This document shows, one piece after another, positions 41,452 to 50,249 of a DNA stretch of 61,879 bases (position 1 is the stretch's first letter; the number at the start of each line of letters is the position of its first letter). The stretch covers positions 1-61,879 of the forward strand of contig CAZKHO010000001.1 in NCBI GenBank assembly GCA_964552505.1, written 5' to 3'. The position numbers and the translations under genes were made by a program. The notes beneath the pieces were generated by a model, which saw nothing but the letters and a program-made list of their open reading frames with translations, had not been told where the DNA came from and made no database searches. The DNA comes from an uncultured Bifidobacterium sp. GTDB taxonomy: Bacteria; Planctomycetota; Phycisphaerae; Phycisphaerales; SM1A02.

Positions 41452-41985
41452 ATGCCATTCACCGCGAAGCAACTCCGGAGGTCGCTCAAGGAGCTCGGCG
41501 TCGAAGCCTCGAAGGATCCCCTGCCGGACACCCTCCGCGAAGCGGGCTTCGAGAAACTCAGCGCGTTCTGCAAGACCCGGCGTTACACCAACCCGGACGA
41601 CCGCGGGAATCATGTCCGGGTCACCTTTGTGGTGCCCCCCAAGGCCACCAAGCTGACCGTGGGGGTGTACCGGGCCTACGTCATGAACACCGCGCGCAAT
41701 CGCGCCCGGGCTTTCATGGCGGCGCTGGGCGTCTGCGCCAGGACCTTTCTGGTGCAGGCGGAGTGGAACGCGCCCTCCGAATCGCTGGGCTTCGCCATCG
41801 AGATGCCGGTGATGGACGGCACCCTGACCACCGCGCAGATCCATCGCATGGTGACCACGCTTCTGGGCGTGCTGGACGACTACGACCCGGTCATGCGCCG
41901 CGCGGCCGAGGAGGGCGTGGTGGACTTCTCCTCCCTGCAGCAGCCAGGCGCACAGGACGAGGAAGAGGACGAAGACGACGCCTGA
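41452..41985 (+). CDS. YbjN-like protein with an acidic C-terminal tail
   Basis: VRVTFVVPPKATKLTVGVYRAYV...TFLVQAEWNAPSESLGFAIEMPVMDGTLTTAQIHRMV fits the YbjN pattern. Tail GAQDEEEDEDDA. Divergent from the other YbjN-like gene. Confidence 0.6.
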   Translation: MPFTAKQLRRSLKELGVEASKDPLPDTLREAGFEKLSAFCKTRRYTNPDDRGNHVRVTFVVPPKATKLTVGVYRAYVMNTARNRARAFMAALGVCARTFLVQAEWNAPSESLGFAIEMPVMDGTLTTAQIHRMVTTLLGVLDDYDPVMRRAAEEGVVDFSSLQQPGAQDEEEDEDDA

Positions 41986-41991
41986 TCGCGG

Positions 41992-43617
41992 TCAGCGATC
42001 GGGTACCCGGCGGTATCGATACCACGCCAGCCACCAGAAGAGCCCCCCGGTGGCCAGCACCGCCGCCAGCAGCGCGCCCACGTAGAAGCCAGGATCCAGT
42101 CCGTCACCGCTGCCGTCTGCATGCGAGGCGGTGAAGTTGCGGACGTTCACGCTGAGCACGCTGGACACCACCTGCAGCGGCAGACCCGCCACCGTGAAGA
42201 AGGTCAGGAGCGTCAACAGCTGGTTCCGCTTCTCGTCCCCGCGCTCGCGCTCCTCGCGCTCGCGCGTGTGGTGCTCCTCCACCACCCACTTGGCCACCGC
42301 CTCCGCGCCGTCGATGGCGATGCGGTGCATGTCGTCGATGCGGGTGACGGCGCGCAGGAAGCGCTCGAATCGGGCGTGGTTGCGCCGGCGGGCGATCTCC
42401 GTGAAGAAGCCGCGCGCACGCACCGCCATCACGGTCTCCAGAAGCGCGCGCACTTCCGTCAGCTGCTGTCGGCGCTCCTGACGCGTCGGCTGGCGGCCGT
42501 CCAGCGGCCGACGCTGCAGCGAACTGGTGGCCTTGATGGTCTGAAGGCGGATGATCTCGATGCAGTGCCACTGGTACTGCGTGAACAGGTCGATGGTCTG
42601 GTAGATGCGGCGGACATGGTTGGGCATGGTGGAGCGGAAGAACTCCGCCGCACGGCCGCGGTCCGCGTCGAAGCCGATGAACATCGCCACGTCCTTGGTG
42701 GCCACGAACCACGCACGGTCGTTGTACTGCAGGCGCTCGCCGCGGGTGGCGTCCGAGTTCTCCGGCACCGGGTCCAGCGCTCTGGACTGGGGCGCCATCT
42801 CCACGAAGCGGTTGAGCAGCCGATGCCGCGCGTCGTCCTCCAGCGGCGCATCCCGCAGCGAGACGCATCCAAAGGCGTGCAGCGGCGCGCCGCGCTCGGC
42901 CGGAACGGCCCAGTCTGCCGGTTCACCCTGATGCCGGATGGCCACCCCCACCTGCCCCAGCAGGCCCCGGATGATCTCCGCCAGCGCCGCCGTCCGCGGC
43001 CCGTCGCCCTGCCGCGCCTCCGGACGCTCCAGGTGCACCCGCGACGGCTGGTCGAAGAACCGGAAGTGGTGCAGCATGTCGTGCCACGCCGGAAGCTCGT
43101 CGGTGGTGGGCTGCGTGACGAAGGTCAGGTAGCCCAGTCCCGTGTCGAACAGCATGAGCTGCACATCGATGAAGCGGAAGGGCACGGAATCCGCGCGGCT
43201 GCCCTGTCCCCAGCACAGTCGCCAGCCGGTGTCGCCACCAAGACCCCGCCAGCTCTTCATGGCGCCGTTGGCCATGCGCCATCCCGCGGCGTGCGGGGGC
43301 GGGTGATCCAGATCGCGGTCCTCCTCCAGCAGCGCGCGCACGTCGGCGGAGAGATCGCCCAGTTCCAGAAGCTTCTCACCCTGGATGGGCTCCCACCCCT
43401 TGTCCATCTCGCCCACGCGCGCCTCGCCCACGTCACGGACCGCGCTGGTGAAGTTCACGCCACGCGACGACTCCTGCGTCTGGCACTCGAACCGGAACGC
43501 GTATCGGAAGCTCAGGAACGAGGTGGTTCCCAGTCCCTGCCCCGTGGGCGACAGGAGCACCGTGGTGGCCGGCGTGACGGACGGGGACCGGATCTCGTCG
43601 TGGGTGTCGTTCGGCAT
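41992..43617 (-). CDS. CorA-like membrane protein: large cytoplasmic domain plus a C-terminal two-TM hairpin, no GMN motif
   Basis: C-terminus NQLLTLLTFFTVAGLPLQVVSSVLSVNV...FYVGALLAAVLATGGLFWWLAWYRYRR mirrors the CorA TM1-(GMN)-TM2-basic-tail layout, with SVN in place of GMN. A long helix rich in R/E precedes it. Confidence 0.65.
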   Translation of the reverse strand: MPNDTHDEIRSPSVTPATTVLLSPTGQGLGTTSFLSFRYAFRFECQTQESSRGVNFTSAVRDVGEARVGEMDKGWEPIQGEKLLELGDLSADVRALLEEDRDLDHPPPHAAGWRMANGAMKSWRGLGGDTGWRLCWGQGSRADSVPFRFIDVQLMLFDTGLGYLTFVTQPTTDELPAWHDMLHHFRFFDQPSRVHLERPEARQGDGPRTAALAEIIRGLLGQVGVAIRHQGEPADWAVPAERGAPLHAFGCVSLRDAPLEDDARHRLLNRFVEMAPQSRALDPVPENSDATRGERLQYNDRAWFVATKDVAMFIGFDADRGRAAEFFRSTMPNHVRRIYQTIDLFTQYQWHCIEIIRLQTIKATSSLQRRPLDGRQPTRQERRQQLTEVRALLETVMAVRARGFFTEIARRRNHARFERFLRAVTRIDDMHRIAIDGAEAVAKWVVEEHHTREREERERGDEKRNQLLTLLTFFTVAGLPLQVVSSVLSVNVRNFTASHADGSGDGLDPGFYVGALLAAVLATGGLFWWLAWYRYRRVPDR

Positions 43618-43653
43618 GCGGTGGAGCCCGGAGCGGAGAAACCTTGAGGGAGC

Positions 43654-43659
43654 ATGCTA
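43654..43659 (-). promoter_or_regulatory. TAGCAT -10-like hexamer (minus strand) inside the 8-bp palindrome region AGCATGCT
   Basis: Lies about 36 nt upstream of the CorA-like ATG at 43617. The same hexamer occurs at 41436-41441 and 4780-4785. Confidence 0.25.
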
Positions 43660-43731
43660 ACGGGGCCGCAACGCCGGGTGCGCGGGGCGCCACGGAGTCC
43701 GCGCAGGGTTCCGAAGGCCGATCACCACCGT

Positions 43732-43737
43732 TAGACT
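43732..43737 (+). promoter_or_regulatory. TAGACT -10-like hexamer 15 nt upstream of the SAM-STAND start
   Basis: A TAnnnT hexamer in an otherwise GC-rich 135-bp intergenic region. It would give a very short leader. Confidence 0.2.
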
Positions 43738-43752
43738 CCCGGTCTTCCGGCG

Positions 43753-46700
43753 ATGTCAGACCTGCGGACCATCCTGACCCAATCTGGTCTTGGCGAATAC
43801 GCCGAGCGCATGGTGTCGGACCGCATCGATCTTGCGCAGTTGGCGGAGATGAGCGAGCAGGACCTGCGGGAGTACGCGGCTGCATGGCCCTGGGGTGACC
43901 AGAAGCGGCTGCGAGACCTGTGCACCCGCCTGCAGGCCCAGGCACGGAGTGGCGCAACAGCGCAGACGCCGCCGCAGGAGCCCGCGGCCAGCGCGCCACC
44001 CGCCGCCCCTGCCGCGCACCAAGTCGACGTGCCGCCGCTGCCGGCGGACGCCACCATCGACCCCGAACTGCTGCATGGGCTGCCGCTGGTGATCGCGCGG
44101 CCGCTGGAGGCGCTGCTGGGGGCGAAGGATCCCCACCGGATGGTGCACGCGTCGGACCACCTAGTGGACGTCACGCTTCGGTTCCTCTGCCTGATCTGTC
44201 AGGTCGACTACCTCGGGCATCCCAACTGGCAGGACCAGCAGGTGAACGACCAGATCGATGCGCATCTGGAGCGCCCCTCGCTGGGCGACTGGTCCGACCT
44301 CATCACCATGCTGCTGAAGTCGGCGAAGGCGCAGAGCGTGGAGCCGTTCCTCCAGGAACTGCCCGAGGCTTGGCGCGAAATCAAGAATCAGCCGAGCGTG
44401 CCGGTGGACGGCGAGATTTTCGACCGCCTCGGCCATCCGCAGCCGAGCAGCAACCGCATCTCGATCGTGGACGCGCTCACGAGCGCCCGGAACGGCTTTG
44501 CGCATCGAAGAAAGGTGCCCGGCGATCCTGTCGAGGCTGGCTCCCATCGAGACAACGCGTGTCGCCTGATCCGCGGACTCGCCTGGCTGGCTTCCTACGA
44601 CCTGTTCCTCGCGGAGTCCGGCTCAAGCACGCTGCTCCGCGGGCTTCGAGGCGTCGTCAGCGTGGACGGCCCCCGAACCGCGGCTGGTGGTTCATCCCTG
44701 GTGCTCCGCCGGGCTTCCGCCCGGACACGATCCGGGACGGAGTCGCGTGAACTTCCCCTTCCGCCGCTCATCGTTTCCGAGCGTGCGCTGCGCTCCGATG
44801 GACGCGCCGGGGAACCCGCGCTCTACAACGGCCTCAACCCTCGCAAGGGGACCATCTGGTTCACCCCTGCCAGCCCCGACGAACGCGCCATCGAGAGCAC
44901 CCGGCTGAACGAGGCCTATTCGGCACTCCGTGAACGCAAGCGGTACGTGTCGTTGGGTCGCGACGCTTTGACGCAGGAGATCCTTCGCGATCGCGTCGCG
45001 CAGGCGACGAGGCGCAGCTTGGATCAACTGCGCACCTCAGGGAAGTACCGCGAGGAGTTCCACTGCATCCGAGAGTCCTGCGAGCCGATGCTGGAGGGCT
45101 GGGCCGCATCTCCCAAGGCGCTGCTGGGCATCGAGGCGAGGGCCGGAGCTGGCAAGACTGGCGTGATGGCCTCGCTGGCAGGCTCGTGGTCGAGGGACGG
45201 GTCCTGTCCTCCGGTGCTCTTCACGCTGGCACGTGAGTTCCAGTCCTCCAGCCTGGATCAGGTCGTGCGCCGACTGCTGGTGCTGGATGAGGACGTCTTT
45301 CTGGACGACATCTGGCAGCCACTGGGCGGCCTGCTGGTGCTCGTGGACGGTCTGAACGAGTGCCCAAGCGACCATCGTGACGCCATCCTGCAGGGGATCA
45401 TTGCCGCCGCCGATCGGCGCCAACGGGAGGGTCGCGGTCCGCGATTCGCGGTCTCCTGGCGCGAGGACGACCGGGCCTGGATCGAACGAACGCTGCGTCG
45501 TCGCGAGCTCTGGTGGACACCCTTGGAACTGCGACACGAAGCGAGGAGCGCCGACCTCACCCCCACCGCCGGCGATCCGGAGGGATCCACGCGTTCGGAC
45601 GCCCGGCAGTCGCTGGCCCCCCGCCCGCAGCAGGCCGAATCGGGGATCGGGACCCCCGGCAAGTCCGCCGCGCGGGCGACGGACCCATGCTTCCGACTGC
45701 GCCCGTTGACCGATGACGAACTGACGACACTCTGGGATCGATACAAAACACAGGGCGAAAGCCCCACGTCGCGTCATCGGTGCGCACCCCGATTCGACTT
45801 CGAGACGCTTCGCCAGAAGAGCCCTGCCCTGGCGGAGGAACTGCGCAATCCGCTCACGCTGCGCATCGCGATGGAGCTGTACCACGACCAGCCTCTGCCG
45901 CCGGAGGTATCGCCGGAACACCTCTTCTCGGGGTATCTGGAGCGGCTGCGCGCGGAGCGGCTTCCCGCCGGCGCACTCCTGGATCTGATGGCGGAGCTCA
46001 TGGTGCAGGGACGGTCCACCACCGTCTCCCAATGGGCGATCGAGGACCGCCATCGCGAACTGGTGCACGCATCGCCCGTGTCCGCGCTCGACCTGCTGCG
46101 CGACACGGGCGTGCTCTCCTGCCGTCACGAGCGCAACCAGCCGCTGCTGTTCTTCACCAACGAACGGGTGGGCGAGCAGGTGATCGGCGAGTGGCTGGTG
46201 TCGGCCCAGGACGCCGTGGATGCGACATGGCTTGCCGGACGATGCACCGAGATGGAGCCGCTGCCGCTCGCGCGCGGGGCGATCCGCGCGGCGCTGTCGA
46301 TCCTGATCGAGCGGCACGGCTTCGAATACCTGACGCGCTTCATCGACGCGAATCCTCCGGGGGTGGCCAGCATCGCGGGACGGCTCCTCGAGGACAGGCT
46401 GCGCCGATCCGACGAGGGGGAAGCGCGCGCGCTGGGCGAGGCTCTGATCGCGGAGCAGACCGATTCCGACTTCGACGTGGCGCGCGAGGCCGTCCTGGGC
46501 GGCAACACAACGGAGCTTGACGACGAGCAGGCCGTGCCCTTCCTCGAGGCCCTCCGCAACGCGATGCTGTCCGCATCCTCACGAAGCGCAGCCGCCCGGG
46601 ATCTGTGTCTTCACTACGACAATCGGCTCGGAGAGGAGGCCTCGCTGGATTGGCTGCACCTGCTGGAACAGGCGTGGAGAAAGACCACGCACCACGAGCG

Positions 46701-49359
46701 CCGCGCTCTGGTGCTTGGCCGGATCGCCAAGCTGCAGTCCCGGAACGGTCGGCATGCCGAGGCGGTCGAGGCTGCGAAGTCGGGCGTGGCCGTGGCACGA
46801 GCATCCAAGGATCGGAACCGGATCGCCCTCTGCCTCCGGATCCTCGGGGACGTCTTGGTCGCTTCCGGGGAGCGTGAAGCGGCGATCTTGGTGCTTCGGG
46901 AGTCTCTCGACACCGCCTCTCGGCCGAAACCTGCCGCCGACTGGGGGCCTTACCAGACGGAGCTGGTCTGCAGTTCCCTTGCAAAGGCCCTTCACCACCT
47001 CGGTCGTCAGGCCGAGTGCCTTGCAAGCCTGTCGCTCAGCCTCGAAGCCTGGCGCTCCTCGGACGAGGAAGCTGGCAGCATGGCGCTGGCGGCCGCTCGG
47101 CTGGCCGATGTTCACGGGGACGTCGACGATGTGGAAGGAGCGGTGCGACTGGCCCACTTCTCGGTGGAGCATGCGGCGCAGGCCGGGGACCGTCGCCTGC
47201 ACGCACTCGCCTTGGAATGGCTTGGCGACACCATGCGCCGGGCTGATCGACACGCCGCGGCAATCCCCGTCTATGAGCAGGCGCTCAAGCGCGGGCTCGA
47301 GCCGGTCCGAGCTCCGGAATGGTTTCCCTCGTCCGTTCTCCGGGAGTTGGCGCGATGCCACCGAGCCTTGCGATGCCATGATCAGGCGCTTCGATGCGAA
47401 CGCAGTTGCCTGGAAGCGCTGCTGGCGGACGACGATCTGACCGGGGCCTCCACCACGGCCAGCCGGATCTCGGACCTGCTGCACGATCTTGGGGATTCCG
47501 ATGGCGCCGCGGCCTCGGCGCATCGCAGCGTGGAATTGGCGGTGCAGTCCGGAGAACGGCGCCAGATCGCGCTCTCCCAGGAGTGGCTGGGTTGCTCGCT
47601 GCGCAAGCTGAGCCGCCCCGAGGAGGCGATGGAAGCGCTCGCGATGGCCTTGGAGACCGGCCTCACCCCCGAGCGCCTTCCCAGATGGAGCCCCTCCTCG
47701 ATTCACGTCTCCATCTCCAGCTGCCTTCAGGATCTTGGGCGGCTGGGCGAGGCCGTAGACGCCGAGGAGCTGTGCCTGGCTGCGGAAATCGAGGACGAGA
47801 CACTGGACGACGCGGCCCGTACCGCAGCTCGACTCGCGGAAATCGAGCAGAAACGCGGCCATGCAGAGAGCGCAGTGGCGTGGTCCATGCGTGCGATCGA
47901 GTTCGCTTCGGACGCCGGCGAACATGGACTCCTCGGCCGTTGCCACAAGTGGTTCGCCGACATCCTCTGGGATCTCGGCCGTCGGGACGAAGCGCTGGAT
48001 GCCTCGCGACGCGCCGCCAAAGTGGCGTCGCATTCTGGGGATGCTGAGGCGGCCAGAGACTGCCATGAAGCGCTTGGCCTCCGGTATTCGTCCATGCAAC
48101 GGCACCGCGAAGCAGTGGAATGCTTCCGCCGAGCGCTCGCCGAAGACCCTCCAGGATCCACCGGCACACGGGCCTGGCTTGGCGATTCCCTGAACCAGCT
48201 CGGCCAGAGCGCGGAGGCGCTTCGAGCTGTGGCTGGCGCGCTTCAGGACAAGAGCATCGACCCGGACGACTATGAACTGGTGAGCCTCGTGGGCATCGAG
48301 GCTCTGCGACAACTCGATGCCACAGCCCAACTGGGGCGCTGGGCTGAGTGCCTTCGCGTCGGAACCGCATTCACAGCCGACGAATCGCTTCCACTCCGAA
48401 CGCGACTGGTGCCCCTGCGACTGATGGAGGATTGCCGACTCGAAGCCGGGGTCAGCCAGGCAAGCGAATTCATGAAGGACTGCCTCTCGCTCATTGAGGC
48501 GGGCGAGCGATCCAATCCGAACGACGAGACGACACGTTGGGAGCGGCTTGAACTCGCGAACCAACTTGCCAAGTCCTCGATGACGGCCGAGGCTCGAAAG
48601 GTCCTTGCACCCATCTCATCATTTGTGGGAAGCCTGACAGAGGCCGTTCGAGGGCCTTCGCCGTATCAGTCACAACCATGGGAGGCCCTGGGCAGAGTCG
48701 CGCTGCGTGAAGGCCAGTGGCGGTCGGCGGTACGCCATCTCAGGCTGGCATGCGAACCCTGGTCCGGGGACGACGAGTTCCACGACGATCTCCACGCCCT
48801 CACCCTCGCCCTCTGGAAATCCGGCGACCGCAAAGGCGCCCGCGCCGCCATCCAACGCCTGCTCGACGGCATCACTCAGGAACGCTCCGCGCCGCAGGCG
48901 GTCATGGAGTGCGTGCGCATGGCCTGCACCCTTCCCGCCGACGCCGCCGATCTGGCGCACGAGGCGGCCGTGCTGGCCGTTCGTCATGTGCAGAAGGTGA
49001 TCCAGCCTTCCGCAACGCCCTTCGAGGGCGACGCGTGGCTCACCGCGGTGCTGGCCCGTTGCGGCCCCCTGCTGGTCCGAGGCGCCTCGCCCGAATCGGC
49101 ACGCAAGGTCCAGGACACGCTCCTCAAGGGGCTCAAGGCGCTGGAGCGCGCACGCCGCGAGGGACCCAGCGAGTTCCTGCAGCGTTGCTCGCTCCGCGTG
49201 GCCTGCGACCAGGGCTGGCAGTGGATCGCGCAGCTGCTGGACGCCCAGGGCAAGGCGACCGAGGCCGCGCAGGCACGGCGTCTGGCGAAGGCCTGGCACA
49301 TCGATGTGGGAGCGCTGCTCGATGCCTGCCTGCCCGCCCGTGACGCGCGGGCCACCTGA
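43753..49359 (+). CDS. Giant STAND protein: SAM domain, HEPN-like domain (RNxxxH), NACHT-type NTPase and TPR array
   Basis: SAM-like LTQSGLGEYAERMVSDRIDLAQLAEMSEQDLREYAAAWPWGDQKRLRDL. RNGFAH at nt 44488-44505. Walker A ARAGAGKTGV (about 45139-45162). Walker B LLVLVDGLNECP. About 1100 aa of TPR-like repeats. Paralogue of the 54049 gene. Confidence 0.85.
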   Translation: MSDLRTILTQSGLGEYAERMVSDRIDLAQLAEMSEQDLREYAAAWPWGDQKRLRDLCTRLQAQARSGATAQTPPQEPAASAPPAAPAAHQVDVPPLPADATIDPELLHGLPLVIARPLEALLGAKDPHRMVHASDHLVDVTLRFLCLICQVDYLGHPNWQDQQVNDQIDAHLERPSLGDWSDLITMLLKSAKAQSVEPFLQELPEAWREIKNQPSVPVDGEIFDRLGHPQPSSNRISIVDALTSARNGFAHRRKVPGDPVEAGSHRDNACRLIRGLAWLASYDLFLAESGSSTLLRGLRGVVSVDGPRTAAGGSSLVLRRASARTRSGTESRELPLPPLIVSERALRSDGRAGEPALYNGLNPRKGTIWFTPASPDERAIESTRLNEAYSALRERKRYVSLGRDALTQEILRDRVAQATRRSLDQLRTSGKYREEFHCIRESCEPMLEGWAASPKALLGIEARAGAGKTGVMASLAGSWSRDGSCPPVLFTLAREFQSSSLDQVVRRLLVLDEDVFLDDIWQPLGGLLVLVDGLNECPSDHRDAILQGIIAAADRRQREGRGPRFAVSWREDDRAWIERTLRRRELWWTPLELRHEARSADLTPTAGDPEGSTRSDARQSLAPRPQQAESGIGTPGKSAARATDPCFRLRPLTDDELTTLWDRYKTQGESPTSRHRCAPRFDFETLRQKSPALAEELRNPLTLRIAMELYHDQPLPPEVSPEHLFSGYLERLRAERLPAGALLDLMAELMVQGRSTTVSQWAIEDRHRELVHASPVSALDLLRDTGVLSCRHERNQPLLFFTNERVGEQVIGEWLVSAQDAVDATWLAGRCTEMEPLPLARGAIRAALSILIERHGFEYLTRFIDANPPGVASIAGRLLEDRLRRSDEGEARALGEALIAEQTDSDFDVAREAVLGGNTTELDDEQAVPFLEALRNAMLSASSRSAAARDLCLHYDNRLGEEASLDWLHLLEQAWRKTTHHERRALVLGRIAKLQSRNGRHAEAVEAAKSGVAVARASKDRNRIALCLRILGDVLVASGEREAAILVLRESLDTASRPKPAADWGPYQTELVCSSLAKALHHLGRQAECLASLSLSLEAWRSSDEEAGSMALAAARLADVHGDVDDVEGAVRLAHFSVEHAAQAGDRRLHALALEWLGDTMRRADRHAAAIPVYEQALKRGLEPVRAPEWFPSSVLRELARCHRALRCHDQALRCERSCLEALLADDDLTGASTTASRISDLLHDLGDSDGAAASAHRSVELAVQSGERRQIALSQEWLGCSLRKLSRPEEAMEALAMALETGLTPERLPRWSPSSIHVSISSCLQDLGRLGEAVDAEELCLAAEIEDETLDDAARTAARLAEIEQKRGHAESAVAWSMRAIEFASDAGEHGLLGRCHKWFADILWDLGRRDEALDASRRAAKVASHSGDAEAARDCHEALGLRYSSMQRHREAVECFRRALAEDPPGSTGTRAWLGDSLNQLGQSAEALRAVAGALQDKSIDPDDYELVSLVGIEALRQLDATAQLGRWAECLRVGTAFTADESLPLRTRLVPLRLMEDCRLEAGVSQASEFMKDCLSLIEAGERSNPNDETTRWERLELANQLAKSSMTAEARKVLAPISSFVGSLTEAVRGPSPYQSQPWEALGRVALREGQWRSAVRHLRLACEPWSGDDEFHDDLHALTLALWKSGDRKGARAAIQRLLDGITQERSAPQAVMECVRMACTLPADAADLAHEAAVLAVRHVQKVIQPSATPFEGDAWLTAVLARCGPLLVRGASPESARKVQDTLLKGLKALERARREGPSEFLQRCSLRVACDQGWQWIAQLLDAQGKATEAAQARRLAKAWHIDVGALLDACLPARDARAT

Positions 49360-49362
49360 CCC

Positions 49363-49875
49363 CTACCCCACCCGCATGGTCATCCCGGCCTCCGGCGACT
49401 CGAAGCTGGCCTCCACCTGGTAGGCGCTTCCGTCGCCACGCACGTAGGTGCAGCGCCGGCGACTCCACTGGATGCAGTGCAGGCACCCGGTCCGCCGCGC
49501 TTCCGCGGTGACCCACGCCAGCACCGCGTCAGGGGCCTGCGCGCCCTGCGGCAACGCCACGCCCGCCATGAAACCGGGCAGCAGACGCACCGACACCCGC
49601 AGTTCCACGGGCTGCTCAGCCCAGCGCTCCCACGCCTGCCGCTGCCGCTCCTCCGTCAGGCGCTGCAGTTGCGCCAGCACGGCCTGGGGCACCCCCAACG
49701 CCATAGCCACGCGCCGCAGCGTCTCCGGCGTGGCCGGGCCGCCCAGTTCCAGTTCGCGGATGCGGGCCCCGCCGCGGGACGCGTCGGCCCAGCCGGCGCG
49801 CAGGGCCAGTTGTCCGGGCGTGAGCCCCGCGGCCAGCCGTTCGGATTCCAGATGATCACCCAGAGGTGTACGCAT
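49363..49875 (-). CDS. XRE-family helix-turn-helix protein with an unassigned C-terminal domain
   Basis: Start at MRTPLGD (ATG at 49875). HTH LTPGQLALRAGWADASRGGARIRELELGGPATPETLRRVAMALGV. Convergent with the STAND gene, with the stops 3 nt apart. Confidence 0.55.
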   Translation of the reverse strand: MRTPLGDHLESERLAAGLTPGQLALRAGWADASRGGARIRELELGGPATPETLRRVAMALGVPQAVLAQLQRLTEERQRQAWERWAEQPVELRVSVRLLPGFMAGVALPQGAQAPDAVLAWVTAEARRTGCLHCIQWSRRRCTYVRGDGSAYQVEASFESPEAGMTMRVG

Positions 49876-50249
49876 GACAAGCCTTCCTTCCGCGGGCCGC
49901 GACCCGCCATACGCATGCCCAGAGTGCCCTGGTGGAAGGCCGCGAGCCACGGACGCCGTGCTCGCGGAGCGGACCGTCCGGCTGCCCAGGCGCGCTGCGC
50001 CCGTGACCGCCGCCGATCCGCCGGCTTTGCGCTCGTTCGCCGCGGGGTCCGTGGACCTTGGGCGACGGCGCCGCATGCCCCTTCCGGGGGTTCCTCCGCA
50101 CCGTGGCCGCGCGGAGCAGCTCGGTTGCGACCCGGCCAGGAGGTGCCGGGATTCGTCATGCTGGGAGCACGATAGCGCGGCTCCCGGGACACAAACGGGA
50201 CACGCCGCGGGTCTTGCCAAAGATTGAGCCGACGGGCGCGGAAATCCCG

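Noticed and set aside
41992-43617. Annotating the two-TM protein as the Mg2+/Co2+ transporter CorA
   Set aside because: The GMN selectivity motif is absent (SVN instead) and the cytoplasmic domain is longer than, and unlike, CorA as far as I can judge. Only the C-terminal topology is CorA-like.
49876-50249. Possible small gene or ncRNA in the 374-bp gap (includes track ORF 49874..50227 and a hairpin GGGAGC/GCTCCC at 50163-50185)
   Set aside because: The ORF translation is Arg/Pro-rich and unconvincing, and the hairpin is short with no U-tract. There is not enough evidence from sequence alone to call a feature, so it is mentioned only as a place to look in RNA-seq.
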